Source: the human T2T-CHM13v2.0 reference genome, Homo sapiens. Taken from it: a stretch of DNA of 64,000 nt. Location: assembly GCF_009914755.1 (NCBI RefSeq), contig NC_060943.1, one strand, 5' to 3'. The position numbers and the translations under genes were made by a program. Below, one piece after another: positions 14,000-26,520 of the stretch. Position 1 is the stretch's first letter. Each line of letters begins with the position of its first letter. The notes under the pieces were generated by a model that saw nothing but the letters and a program-made list of their open reading frames with translations, did no database searches and was not told the DNA's origin.

Positions 14000-16900
14000 T
14001 GTTTGTAAAGTCTGCAAGTGGATATTCAGACCTCTTTGAGGCCTTCGTTGGAAACGGGATTTCTTCATATTATGCTAGACAGAAGAATTCTCAGTAACTT
14101 CCTTGTGTTTTGTGTATTCAACTCACATAGTTGAACGATCCTTTACACAGAGCAGACTTGAAACACTCTTTTTGTGGTATTTGCAAGTGGAGATTTCAGC
14201 CACTTTGAGGTCAATGTTAGAAAAGGAAATATCTTCGTATAAAAACTAGACAGAATGATTCTGAGAAACTCCTTTGTGATGTGTGCATTCAACTCACAGA
14301 GTTTAACCTTTCTTTTCATAGAGCAGTTAGGAAACACTCTGTTTGTAAAGTCTGCAAGTGGATATTCAGACCTCCTTGAGGCCTTCGTTGGAAACGGGAT
14401 TTCTTCATATTATGCTAGACAGAAGAATTCTCAGTAACTTCCTTGTGTTGTGTGTATTCAACTCACAGAGTTGAACGATCCTTTACACAGAGCAGACTTG
14501 AAACACTCTTTTTGTGGAATTTGCAAGTGGAGATTTCAGCCGCTTTGAGGTCAATGGTAGAATAGGAAATATCTTCCTATAGAAACTAGACAGAATGATT
14601 CTCAGAAACTCCTTTGTGATGTGTGCGTTCAACTCACAGAGTTTAACCTTTCTTTTCATAGAGCAGTTAGGAAACACTCTGTTTGTAAAGTCTGCAAGTG
14701 GATATTCAGACATCCTTGAGGCTTTCGTTGGAAACGGGATTTCTTCATATTCTGCTAGAAAGAAGAATTCTCAGTAACTTCCTTGTGTTGTGTGTATTCA
14801 ACTCACAGACTTGAATGATCCTTTACACAGAACAGTCTTGAAAGACTCTTTTTGTGGAATTTGCAAGTGGAGATTTCAGCCGCTTTGAGGTCAATGGTAG
14901 AATAGGAAATATCTTCCTATAGAAACTAGACAGAATGATTCTCAGAAACTCCTTTGTGATGTGTGCGTTCAACTCACAGAGTTTAACCTTTCTTTTCATA
15001 AAGCAGTTAGGAAACACTCTGTTTGTAAAGTCTGCAAGTGGATATTCAGACATCCTTGAGGCTTTCGTTGGAAACGGGATTTCTTCATATTCTGCTAGAA
15101 AGAAGAATTCTCAGTAACTTCCTTGTGTTGTGTGTATTCAACTCACAGAGTTGAATGATCCTTTACACAGAACAGTCTTGAAACACTCTTTTTGTGGAAT
15201 TTGCAAGTGGAGATTTCAGCCGCTTTGAGGTCAATGGTAGAATAGGAAATATCTTCCTATAGAAACTAGGCAGAATGATTCTCAGAAACTCCTTTGTGAT
15301 GTGGGCGTTCAACTCACAGAGTTTAACCTTTCTTTTCATAGAGCAGTTAGGAAACACTCTGTTTGTAAAGTCTGCAAGTGGATATTCAGACATCTTTGAG
15401 GCTTTCGTTGGAAACGGGATTTCTTCATATTCTGATATACAGAAGAATTCTCAGAAACTTCCTTGTGTTGTGTGTATTCAACTCACAGAGTTGAACGATC
15501 GTTTACACAGAGCAGACTTGAGACACTCTTTTTGTGGAATTTGTAAGTGGAGATTTCAGCCGCTTTGAGGTCAATGGTAGAAAAGGAAATATCTTCATAT
15601 AAAAACTAGACAGAATGATTCTCAGAAACTCCTTTGTGATGTGTGCGTTCAACTCACAGAGTTTAACCTTTCTTTTCATAGAGCAGTTAGGAAACACTCT
15701 GTTTGTAAAGTCTGCAAGTGGATATTCAGACCTCCTTGAGGCCTTCGTTGGAAACGGGATTTCTTCATATTATGCTAGACAGAAGAATTCTCAGTAACTT
15801 CCTTGTGTTGTGTGTATTCAACTCACAGAGTTGAACGATCCTTTACACAGAGCAGACTTGAAACACTCTTTTTGTGGAATTTGCAAGTGGAGATTTCAGC
15901 CGCTTTGAGGTCAATGGTAGAAAAGGAGATATCTTCGTATAAAAACTAGACAGAATGATTCTCAGAAACTCCTTTGTGATGTGTGCGTTCAACTCACAGA
16001 GTTTAACCTTTCTTTTCATAGAGCAGTTAGGAAACACTCTGTTTGTAAAGTCTGCAAGTGGATATTCAGACCTCTTTGAGGCCTTCGTTGGAAACGGGAT
16101 TTCTTCATATTATGCTAGACAGAAGAATTCTGAGTAACTTCCTTGTGTTGTGTGTATTCAACTCACAGAGTTGAACGATCCTTTACACAGAGCAGAATTG
16201 AAACACTCTTTTTGTGGTATTTGCAAGTGGAGATTTCAGCCGCTTTGAGGTCAATGTTAGAAAAGGAAATATCTTCGTATAAAAACTAGACAGAATGATT
16301 CTGAGAAACTCCTTTGTGATGTGTGCGTTCAACTCACAGAGTTTAACCTTTCTTTTCATAGAGCAGTTAGGAAACACTCTGTTTGTAAAGTCTGCAAGTG
16401 GATATTCAGACCTCCTTGAGGCCTTCGTTGGAAACGGGATTTCTTCATATTATGCTAGACAGAAGAATTCTCAGTAACTTCCTTGTGTTGTGTGTATTCA
16501 ACTCACAGAGTTGAACGATCCTTTACACAGAGCAGACTTGAAACACTCTTTTTGTGGAATTTGCAAGTGTAGATTTCAGCCGCTTTGAGGTCAATGGTAG
16601 AATAGGAAATATCTTCCTATAGAAACTAGACAGAATGATTCTCAGAAACTCCTTTGTGATGTGTGCGTTCAACTCACAGAGTTTAACCTTTCTTTTCATA
16701 GAGCAGTTAGGAAACACTCTGTTTGTAAAGTCTGCAAGTGGATATTCAGACCTCCTTGAGGCCTTCGTTGGAAACTGCATTTCTTCATATTATGCTAGAC
16801 AGAAGAATTCTCAGTAACTTCCTTGTGTTGTGTGTATTCAACTCACAGAGTTGAACGATCCTTTACACAGAGCAGACTTGAAACTCTCTTTTTGTGGAAT

Positions 16901-19900
16901 TTGCAAGTGGAGATTTCAGCCGCTTTGAGTTCAATGGTAGAATAGGAAATATCTTCCTATAGAAACTAGACAGAATGATTCTCAGAAACTCCTTTGTGAT
17001 GTGTGCGTTCAACACACAGAGTTCAACCTTTCTTTTCCTAGAGCAGTTGGGAAACACTCTGTTTGTAAAGTCTGCAAGTGGATATTCAGACTTCTTTGAG
17101 GCCTTCGTTGGAAGCGGGATTTCTTCATATTGTGCTAGACAGAAGAATTCTCAGTAACTTCCTTCTGTTGTGTGTATTCAACTCACAGAGTTGAACGATC
17201 CTTTACACAGAGCAGACTTGAAACACTCTTTTTGTGGAATTTGCAAGTGGAGATTTCAGCCGCTTTGAGGTCAATGGTAGAATAGGAAATACCTTCCTAT
17301 AGAAACTAGACAGAATGATTCTCAGAAACTCCTTTGTGATGTGTGCGTTGAACTCAGAGAGTTTAACCTTTCTTTTCATAGAGCAGTTAGGAAACACTCT
17401 GTTTGTAAAGTCTGCAAGTGGATATTCAGACATCCTTGAGGCTTTCGTTGGAAACGGGATTTCTTCATATTCTGCTAGAAAGAAGAATTCTCAGTAACTT
17501 CCTTGTGTTGTGTGTATTCAACTCACAGAGTTGAATGATCCTTTACACAGAACAGTCTTGAAACACTCTTTTTGTGGAATTTGCAAGTGGAGATTTCAGC
17601 CGCTTTGAGGTCAATGGTAGAATAGGAAATATCTTCATATAGAAACTAGACAGAATGATTCTCAGAAACTCCTTTGTGATGTGTGCGTTCAACTCACAGA
17701 GTTTAACCTTTGTTTTCATAGAGCAGTTAGGAAACACTCTGTTTGTAAAGTCTGCGAGTGGATATTCCGACATCTTTGAGGCATTCGTTGGAAAAGGGAT
17801 TTCTTCATATTCTGCTAGACAGAAGAATTCTCAGAAACTTCGTTGTGTTGTGTGTTTTCAACTCACAGAGTTCAACGATCCTTTACACAGAGTAGACTTG
17901 AAACACTCTTTTTGTGGAATTGGCAGGGTGGAGATTTCAGCCGCTTTGAGGTCAATGGTAGAAAAGGAAATATCTTCGTATAAAAACTAGACAGAGTGAT
18001 TCTCAGAAACTCCTTTGTGATGTCTGCGTTTAACTCACAGAGTTTAACCATTCTTTTCATAGAGCAGTTAGGAAACACTCTGTTTGTAAAGTGTGCAAGT
18101 GGATATTCAGACCTCCTTTAGGCCTTCGTTGGAAACGGGATTTCTTCATATTATGCTAGACAGAAGAATTCTCAGTAACTTCCTTGTGTTGTGTGTATTC
18201 AACTCACAGAGTTGAACGATCATTTACACAGAGCAGACTTGAAACACTCTTTTTGTGGAATTTGCAAGTGGAGATTTCAGCCGCTTTGAGGTCAATGGTA
18301 GAATAGGAAATATCTTCCTATAGAAACTAGACAGAATGATTCTCAGAAACTCCTTTGTGATGTGTGCGTTCAACTCACAGAGTTTAACCTTTCTTTTCAT
18401 AGAGCAGTTAGGAAACACTCTGTTTGTAAAGTCTGCAAGTGGATATTCAGACCTCTTTGAGGCCTTCGTTGGAAACGGGATTTCTTCATATTATGCTAGA
18501 CAGAAGAATTCTCAGTAACTTCCTTGTGTTGTGTGTATTCAACTCACAGAGTTGAACGATCCTTTACACAGAGCAGACTTGAAACACTCTTTTTGTGGAA
18601 TTTGCAAGTGGAGATTTCAGCCGCTTTGAGGTCATTGGTAGAATAGGAAATATCTTCCTATAAAAACTAGACAGAATGATTCTGAGAAACTTCTTTGTGA
18701 TGTGTGCGTTCAACTCACAGAGTTTAACCTTTCTTTTCATAGAGCAGTTAGGAAACACTCTGTTTGTAAAGTCTGCAAGTGGATACTCAGACCTCCTTGA
18801 GGCCTTCGTTGGAAACGGGATTTCTTCATATTATGCTAGACAGAAGAATTCTCACTAACTTCCTTGTGTTGTGTGTATTCAACTCACAGAGTTGAACGAT
18901 CCTTTACACAGAGCAGACTTGAAACACTCTTTTTGTGGAATTTGCAAGTGGAGATTTCAGCCGCTTTGAGTTCAATGGTAGAATAGGAAATATCTTCCTA
19001 TAGAAACTAGACAGAATGATTCTCAGAAACTCCTTTGTGATGTGTGCGTTCAACTCACAGAGTTCAACCTTTCTTTTCATAGAGCAGTTGGGAAACACTC
19101 TGTTTGTAAAGTCTGCAAGTGGATATTCAGACTTCTTTGAGGCCTTCGTTGGAAACGGGATTTCTTCATATTATGCTAGACAGAAGAATTCTCAGTAACT
19201 TCCTTGTGTTGTGTGTATTCAACTCACAGAGTTGAACGATCCTTTACACAGAGCAGACTTGAAACACTCTTTTTGTGGAATTTGCAAGTGGAGATTGCAG
19301 CCGCTTTGAGGTCAATGGTAGAATAGGAAATATCTTCCTATAGAAACTAGACAGAATGATTCTCAGAAACTCCTTTGTGATGTGTGCGTTCAACTCACAG
19401 AGTTTAACCTTTCTTTTCAGAGAGCAGTTAGGAAACACTCTGTTTGTAAAGTCTGCAAGTGGATATTCAGACCTCCTTGAGGCCTTCGTTGGAAACTGCA
19501 TTTCTTCATATTATGCTAGACAGAAGAATTCTCAGTAACTTCCTTGTGTTGTGTGTATTCAACTCACAGAGTTGAACGATCCTTTACACAGAGCAGACTT
19601 GAAACACTCTTTTTGTGGAATTTGCAAGTGGAGATTTCAGCCGCTTTGAGTTCAATGGTAGAATAGGAAATATCTTCCTATAGAAACTAGACAGAATGAT
19701 TCTCAGAAACTCCTTTGTGATGTGTGCGTTCAACTCACAGAGTTCAACTTTTCTTTTCCTAGAGCAGTTGGGAAACACTCTGTTTGTAAAGTCTGCAAGT
19801 GGATATTCAGACTTCTTTGAGGCCTTCGTTGGAAGCGGGATTTTTTCATATTCTGCTAGACAGAAGAATTCTCAGTAACTTCCTTCTGTTGTGTGTATTC

Positions 19901-22900
19901 AACTCACAGAGTTGAACGATCCTTTACACAGAGCAGACTTGAAACACTCTTTTTGTGGAATTTGCAAGTGGAGATTTCAGCCGCTTTGAGGTCAATGGTA
20001 GAATAGGAAATATCTTCCTATAGAAACTAGACAGAATGATTCTCAGAAACTCCTTTGTGATGTGTGCGTTCAACTCACAGAGTTTAACCTTTCTTTTCAT
20101 AGAGCAGTTAGGAAACACTCTGTTTGTAAAGTCTGCAAGTGGATATTCAGACATCTTTGAGGCTTTCGTTGGAAACGGGATTTCTTCATATTCTGCTAGA
20201 CAGAAGAATTCTCAGAAACTTCGTTGTGTTGTGTGTTTTCAACTCACAGAGTTCAACGATCCTTTACACAGAGTAGACTTGAAACACTCTTTTTGTGGAA
20301 TTGGCAGGGTGGAGATTTCAGCCGCTTTGAGGTCAATGGTAGAAAAGGAAATATCTTCGTATAAAAACTAGACAGAGTGATTCTCAGAAACTCCTTTGTG
20401 ATGTGTGCGATTAACTCACAGAGTTTAACCTTTCTTTTCATAGAGCAGTTAGGAAACACTCTGTTTGTAAAGTCTGCAAGTGGATATTCAGACCTCTTTG
20501 AGGCCTTCGTTGGAAACGGGATTTCTTCATATTATGCTAGACAGAAGAATTCTCAGTAACTTCCTTGTGTTTTGTGTATTCAACTCACATAGTTGAACGA
20601 TCCTTTACACAGAGCAGACTTGAAACACTCTTTTTGTGGTATTTGCAAGTGGAGATTTCAGCCACTTTGAGGTCAATGTTAGAAAAGGAAATATCTTCGT
20701 ATAAAAACTAGACAGAATGATTCTGAGAAACTCCTTTGTGATGTGTGCATTCAACTCACAGAGTTTAACCTTTCTTTTCATAGAGCAGTTAGGAAACACT
20801 CTGTTTGTAAAGTCTGCAAGTGGATATTCAGACCTCCTTGAGGCCTTCGTTGGAAACGGGATTTCTTCATATTATGCTAGACAGAAGAATTCTCAGTAAC
20901 TTCCTTGTGTTGTGTGTATTCAACTCACAGAGTTGAACGATCCTTTACACAGAGCAGACTTGAAACACTCTTTTTGTGGAATTTGCAAGTGGAGATTTCA
21001 GCCGCTTTGAGGTCAATGGTAGAATAGGAAATATCTTCCTATAGAAACTAGACAGAATGATTCTCAGAAACTCCTTTGTGATGTGTGCGTTCAACTCACA
21101 GAGTTTAACCTTTCTTTTCATAGAGCAGTTAGGAAACACTCTGTTTGTAAAGTCTGCAAGTGGATATTCAGACATCCTTGAGGCTTTCGTTGGAAACGGG
21201 ATTTCTTCATATTCTGCTAGAAAGAAGAATTCTCAGTAACTTCCTTGTGTTGTGTGTATTCAACTCACAGACTTGAATGATCCTTTACACAGAACAGTCT
21301 TGAAAGACTCTTTTTGTGGAATTTGCAAGTGGAGATTTCAGCCGCTTTGAGGTCAATGGTAGAATAGGAAATATCTTCCTATAGAAACTAGACAGAATGA
21401 TTCTCAGAAACTCCTTTGTGATGTGTGCGTTCAACTCACAGAGTTTAACCTTTCTTTTCATAAAGCAGTTAGGAAACACTCTGTTTGTAAAGTCTGCAAG
21501 TGGATATTCAGACATCCTTGAGGCTTTCGTTGGAAACGGGATTTCTTCATATTCTGCTAGAAAGAAGAATTCTCAGTAACTTCCTTGTGTTGTGTGTATT
21601 CAACTCACAGAGTTGAATGATCCTTTACACAGAACAGTCTTGAAACACTCTTTTTGTGGAATTTGCAAGTGGAGATTTCAGCCGCTTTGAGGTCAATGGT
21701 AGAATAGGAAATATCTTCCTATAGAAACTAGGCAGAATGATTCTCAGAAACTCCTTTGTGATGTGGGCGTTCAACTCACAGAGTTTAACCTTTCTTTTCA
21801 TAGAGCAGTTAGGAAACACTCTGTTTGTAAAGTCTGCAAGTGGATATTCAGACATCTTTGAGGCTTTCGTTGGAAACGGGATTTCTTCATATTCTGATAT
21901 ACAGAAGAATTCTCAGAAACTTCCTTGTGTTGTGTGTATTCAACTCACAGAGTTGAACGATCGTTTACACAGAGCAGACTTGAGACACTCTTTTTGTGGA
22001 ATTTGTAAGTGGAGATTTCAGCCGCTTTGAGGTCAATGGTAGAAAAGGAAATATCTTCATATAAAAACTAGACAGAATGATTCTCAGAAACTCCTTTGTG
22101 ATGTGTGCGTTCAACTCACAGAGTTTAACCTTTCTTTTCATAGAGCAGTTAGGAAACACTCTGTTTGTAAAGTCTGCAAGTGGATATTCAGACCTCCTTG
22201 AGGCCTTCGTTGGAAACGGGATTTCTTCATATTATGCTAGACAGAAGAATTCTCAGTAACTTCCTTGTGTTGTGTGTATTCAACTCACAGAGTTGAACGA
22301 TCCTTTACACAGAGCAGACTTGAAACACTCTTTTTGTGGAATTTGCAAGTGGAGATTTCAGCCGCTTTGAGGTCAATGGTAGAAAAGGAGATATCTTCGT
22401 ATAAAAACTAGACAGAATGATTCTCAGAAACTCCTTTGTGATGTGTGCGTTCAACTCACAGAGTTTAACCTTTCTTTTCATAGAGCAGTTAGGAAACACT
22501 CTGTTTGTAAAGTCTGCAAGTGGATATTCAGACCTCTTTGAGGCCTTCGTTGGAAACGGGATTTCTTCATATTATGCTAGACAGAAGAATTCTGAGTAAC
22601 TTCCTTGTGTTGTGTGTATTCAACTCACAGAGTTGAACGATCCTTTACACAGAGCAGAATTGAAACACTCTTTTTGTGGTATTTGCAAGTGGAGATTTCA
22701 GCCGCTTTGAGGTCAATGTTAGAAAAGGAAATATCTTCGTATAAAAACTAGACAGAATGATTCTGAGAAACTCCTTTGTGATGTGTGCGTTCAACTCACA
22801 GAGTTTAACCTTTCTTTTCATAGAGCAGTTAGGAAACACTCTGTTTGTAAAGTCTGCAAGTGGATATTCAGACCTCCTTGAGGCCTTCGTTGGAAACGGG

Positions 22901-25900
22901 ATTTCTTCATATTATGCTAGACAGAAGAATTCTCAGTAACTTCCTTGTGTTGTGTGTATTCAACTCACAGAGTTGAACGATCCTTTACACAGAGCAGACT
23001 TGAAACTCTCTTTTTGTGGAATTTGCAAGTGGAGATTTCAGCCGCTTTGAGTTCAATGGTAGAATAGGAAATATCTTCCTATAGAAACTAGACAGAATGA
23101 TTCTCAGAAACTCCTTTGTGATGTGTGCGTTCAACACACAGAGTTCAACCTTTCTTTTCCTAGAGCAGTTGGGAAACACTCTGTTTGTAAAGTCTGCAAG
23201 TGGATATTCAGACTTCTTTGAGGCCTTCGTTGGAAGCGGGATTTCTTCATATTGTGCTAGACAGAAGAATTCTCAGTAACTTCCTTCTGTTGTGTGTATT
23301 CAACTCACAGAGTTGAACGATCCTTTACACAGAGCAGACTTGAAACACTCTTTTTGTGGAATTTGCAAGTGGAGATTTCAGCCGCTTTGAGGTCAATGGT
23401 AGAATAGGAAATACCTTCCTATAGAAACTAGACAGAATGATTCTCAGAAACTCCTTTGTGATGTGTGCGTTGAACTCAGAGAGTTTAACCTTTCTTTTCA
23501 TAGAGCAGTTAGGAAACACTCTGTTTGTAAAGTCTGCAAGTGGATATTCAGACATCCTTGAGGCTTTCGTTGGAAACGGGATTTCTTCATATTCTGCTAG
23601 AAAGAAGAATTCTCAGTAACTTCCTTGTGTTGTGTGTATTCAACTCACAGAGTTGAATGATCCTTTACACAGAACAGTCTTGAAACACTCTTTTTGTGGA
23701 ATTTGCAAGTGGAGATTTCAGCCGCTTTGAGGTCAATGGTAGAATAGGAAATATCTTCATATAGAAACTAGACAGAATGATTCTCAGAAACTCCTTTGTG
23801 ATGTGTGCGTTCAACTCACAGAGTTTAACCTTTGTTTTCATAGAGCAGTTAGGAAACACTCTGTTTGTAAAGTCTGCGAGTGGATATTCCGACATCTTTG
23901 AGGCATTCGTTGGAAAAGGGATTTCTTCATATTCTGCTAGACAGAAGAATTCTCAGAAACTTCGTTGTGTTGTGTGTTTTCAACTCACAGAGTTCAACGA
24001 TCCTTTACACAGAGTAGACTTGAAACACTCTTTTTGTGGAATTGGCAGGGTGGAGATTTCAGCCGCTTTGAGGTCAATGGTAGAAAAGGAAATATCTTCG
24101 TATAAAAACTAGACAGAGTGATTCTCAGAAACTCCTTTGTGATGTCTGCGTTTAACTCACAGAGTTTAACCATTCTTTTCATAGAGCAGTTAGGAAACAC
24201 TCTGTTTGTAAAGTGTGCAAGTGGATATTCAGACCTCCTTTAGGCCTTCGTTGGAAACGGGATTTCTTCATATTATGCTAGACAGAAGAATTCTCAGTAA
24301 CTTCCTTGTGTTGTGTGTATTCAACTCACAGAGTTGAACGATCATTTACACAGAGCAGACTTGAAACACTCTTTTTGTGGAATTTGCAAGTGGAGATTTC
24401 AGCCGCTTTGAGGTCAATGGTAGAATAGGAAATATCTTCCTATAGAAACTAGACAGAATGATTCTCAGAAACTCCTTTGTGATGTGTGCGTTCAACTCAC
24501 AGAGTTTAACCTTTCTTTTCATAGAGCAGTTAGGAAACACTCTGTTTGTAAAGTCTGCAAGTGGATATTCAGACCTCTTTGAGGCCTTCGTTGGAAACGG
24601 GATTTCTTCATATTATGCTAGACAGAAGAATTCTCAGTAACTTCCTTGTGTTGTGTGTATTCAACTCACAGAGTTGAACGATCCTTTACACAGAGCAGAC
24701 TTGAAACACTCTTTTTGTGGAATTTGCAAGTGGAGATTTCAGCCGCTTTGAGGTCATTGGTAGAATAGGAAATATCTTCCTATAAAAACTAGACAGAATG
24801 ATTCTGAGAAACTTCTTTGTGATGTGTGCGTTCAACTCACAGAGTTTAACCTTTCTTTTCATAGAGCAGTTAGGAAACACTCTGTTTGTAAAGTCTGCAA
24901 GTGGATACTCAGACCTCCTTGAGGCCTTCGTTGGAAACGGGATTTCTTCATATTATGCTAGACAGAAGAATTCTCACTAACTTCCTTGTGTTGTGTGTAT
25001 TCAACTCACAGAGTTGAACGATCCTTTACACAGAGCAGACTTGAAACACTCTTTTTGTGGAATTTGCAAGTGGAGATTTCAGCCGCTTTGAGTTCAATGG
25101 TAGAATAGGAAATATCTTCCTATAGAAACTAGACAGAATGATTCTCAGAAACTCCTTTGTGATGTGTGCGTTCAACTCACAGAGTTCAACCTTTCTTTTC
25201 ATAGAGCAGTTGGGAAACACTCTGTTTGTAAAGTCTGCAAGTGGATATTCAGACTTCTTTGAGGCCTTCGTTGGAAACGGGATTTCTTCATATTATGCTA
25301 GACAGAAGAATTCTCAGTAACTTCCTTGTGTTGTGTGTATTCAACTCACAGAGTTGAACGATCCTTTACACAGAGCAGACTTGAAACACTCTTTTTGTGG
25401 AATTTGCAAGTGGAGATTGCAGCCGCTTTGAGGTCAATGGTAGAATAGGAAATATCTTCCTATAGAAACTAGACAGAATGATTCTCAGAAACTCCTTTGT
25501 GATGTGTGCGTTCAACTCACAGAGTTTAACCTTTCTTTTCAGAGAGCAGTTAGGAAACACTCTGTTTGTAAAGTCTGCAAGTGGATATTCAGACCTCCTT
25601 GAGGCCTTCGTTGGAAACTGCATTTCTTCATATTATGCTAGACAGAAGAATTCTCAGTAACTTCCTTGTGTTGTGTGTATTCAACTCACAGAGTTGAACG
25701 ATCCTTTACACAGAGCAGACTTGAAACACTCTTTTTGTGGAATTTGCAAGTGGAGATTTCAGCCGCTTTGAGGTCAATGGTAGAATAGGAAATATCTTCC
25801 TATAGAAACTAGACAGAATGATTCTCAGAAACTCCTTTGTGATGTGTGCGTTCAACTCACAGAGTTCAACTTTTCTTTTCCTAGAGCAGTTGGGAAACAC

Positions 25901-26520
25901 TCTGTTTGTAAAGTCTGCAAGTGGATATTCAGACTTCTTTGAGGCCTTCGTTGGAAGCGGGATTTTTTCATATTCTGCTAGACAGAAGAATTCTCAGTAA
26001 CTTCCTTCTGTTGTGTGTATTCAACTCACAGAGTTGAACGATCCTTTACACAGAGCAGACTTGAAACACTCTTTTTGTGGAATTTGCAAGTGGAGATTTC
26101 AGCCGCTTTGAGGTCAATGGTAGAATAGGAAATATCTTCCTATAGAAACTAGACAGAATGATTCTCAGAAACTCCTTTGTGATGTGTGCGTTCAACTCAC
26201 AGAGTTTAACCTTTCTTTTCATAGAGCAGTTAGGAAACACTCTGTTTGTAAAGTCTGCAAGTGGATATTCAGACATCTTTGAGGCTTTCGTTGGAAACGG
26301 GATTTCTTCATATTCTGCTAGACAGAAGAATTCTCAGAAACTTCGTTGTGTTGTGTGTTTTCAACTCACAGAGTTCAACGATCCTTTACACAGAGTAGAC
26401 TTGAAACACTCTTTTTGTGGAATTGGCAGGGTGGAGATTTCAGCCGCTTTGAGGTCAATGGTAGAAAAGGAAATATCTTCGTATAAAAACTAGACAGAGT
26501 GATTCTCAGAAACTCCTTTG
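14000..26520 (+). repeat. Tandem duplication, period 6462 bp then 6122 bp (second copy lacks one dimer)
   Basis: Diagnostic dimers pair as 14143/20605, 15163/21625 and 16183/22645 (+6462), then 16863/22985 through 20253/26375 (+6122). Confidence 0.92.

Larger units (their letters stand above)
1..15920 (+). repeat. Tandem duplication of a 24-dimer block, period 8160 bp (8158 after a 2-bp deletion)
   Basis: Private markers recur at +8160: tagagTagtt 41/8201, tgCaacac 221/8381, ataCaaac 1321/9481. They recur at +8158 after 10221: gcaaTtgg 5345/13503, ctagGcag 7108/15266. Confidence 0.93.

Noticed and set aside
17655-17990. Longer 111-aa ORF family (...GIGRVEISAALRSMVEKEISSYKN) as a candidate novel gene
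   Set aside because: It is explained by loss of the TAA stop (cagTaa>cagAaa) plus the +1 insertion of the form II monomer. It is a by-product of satellite variation.
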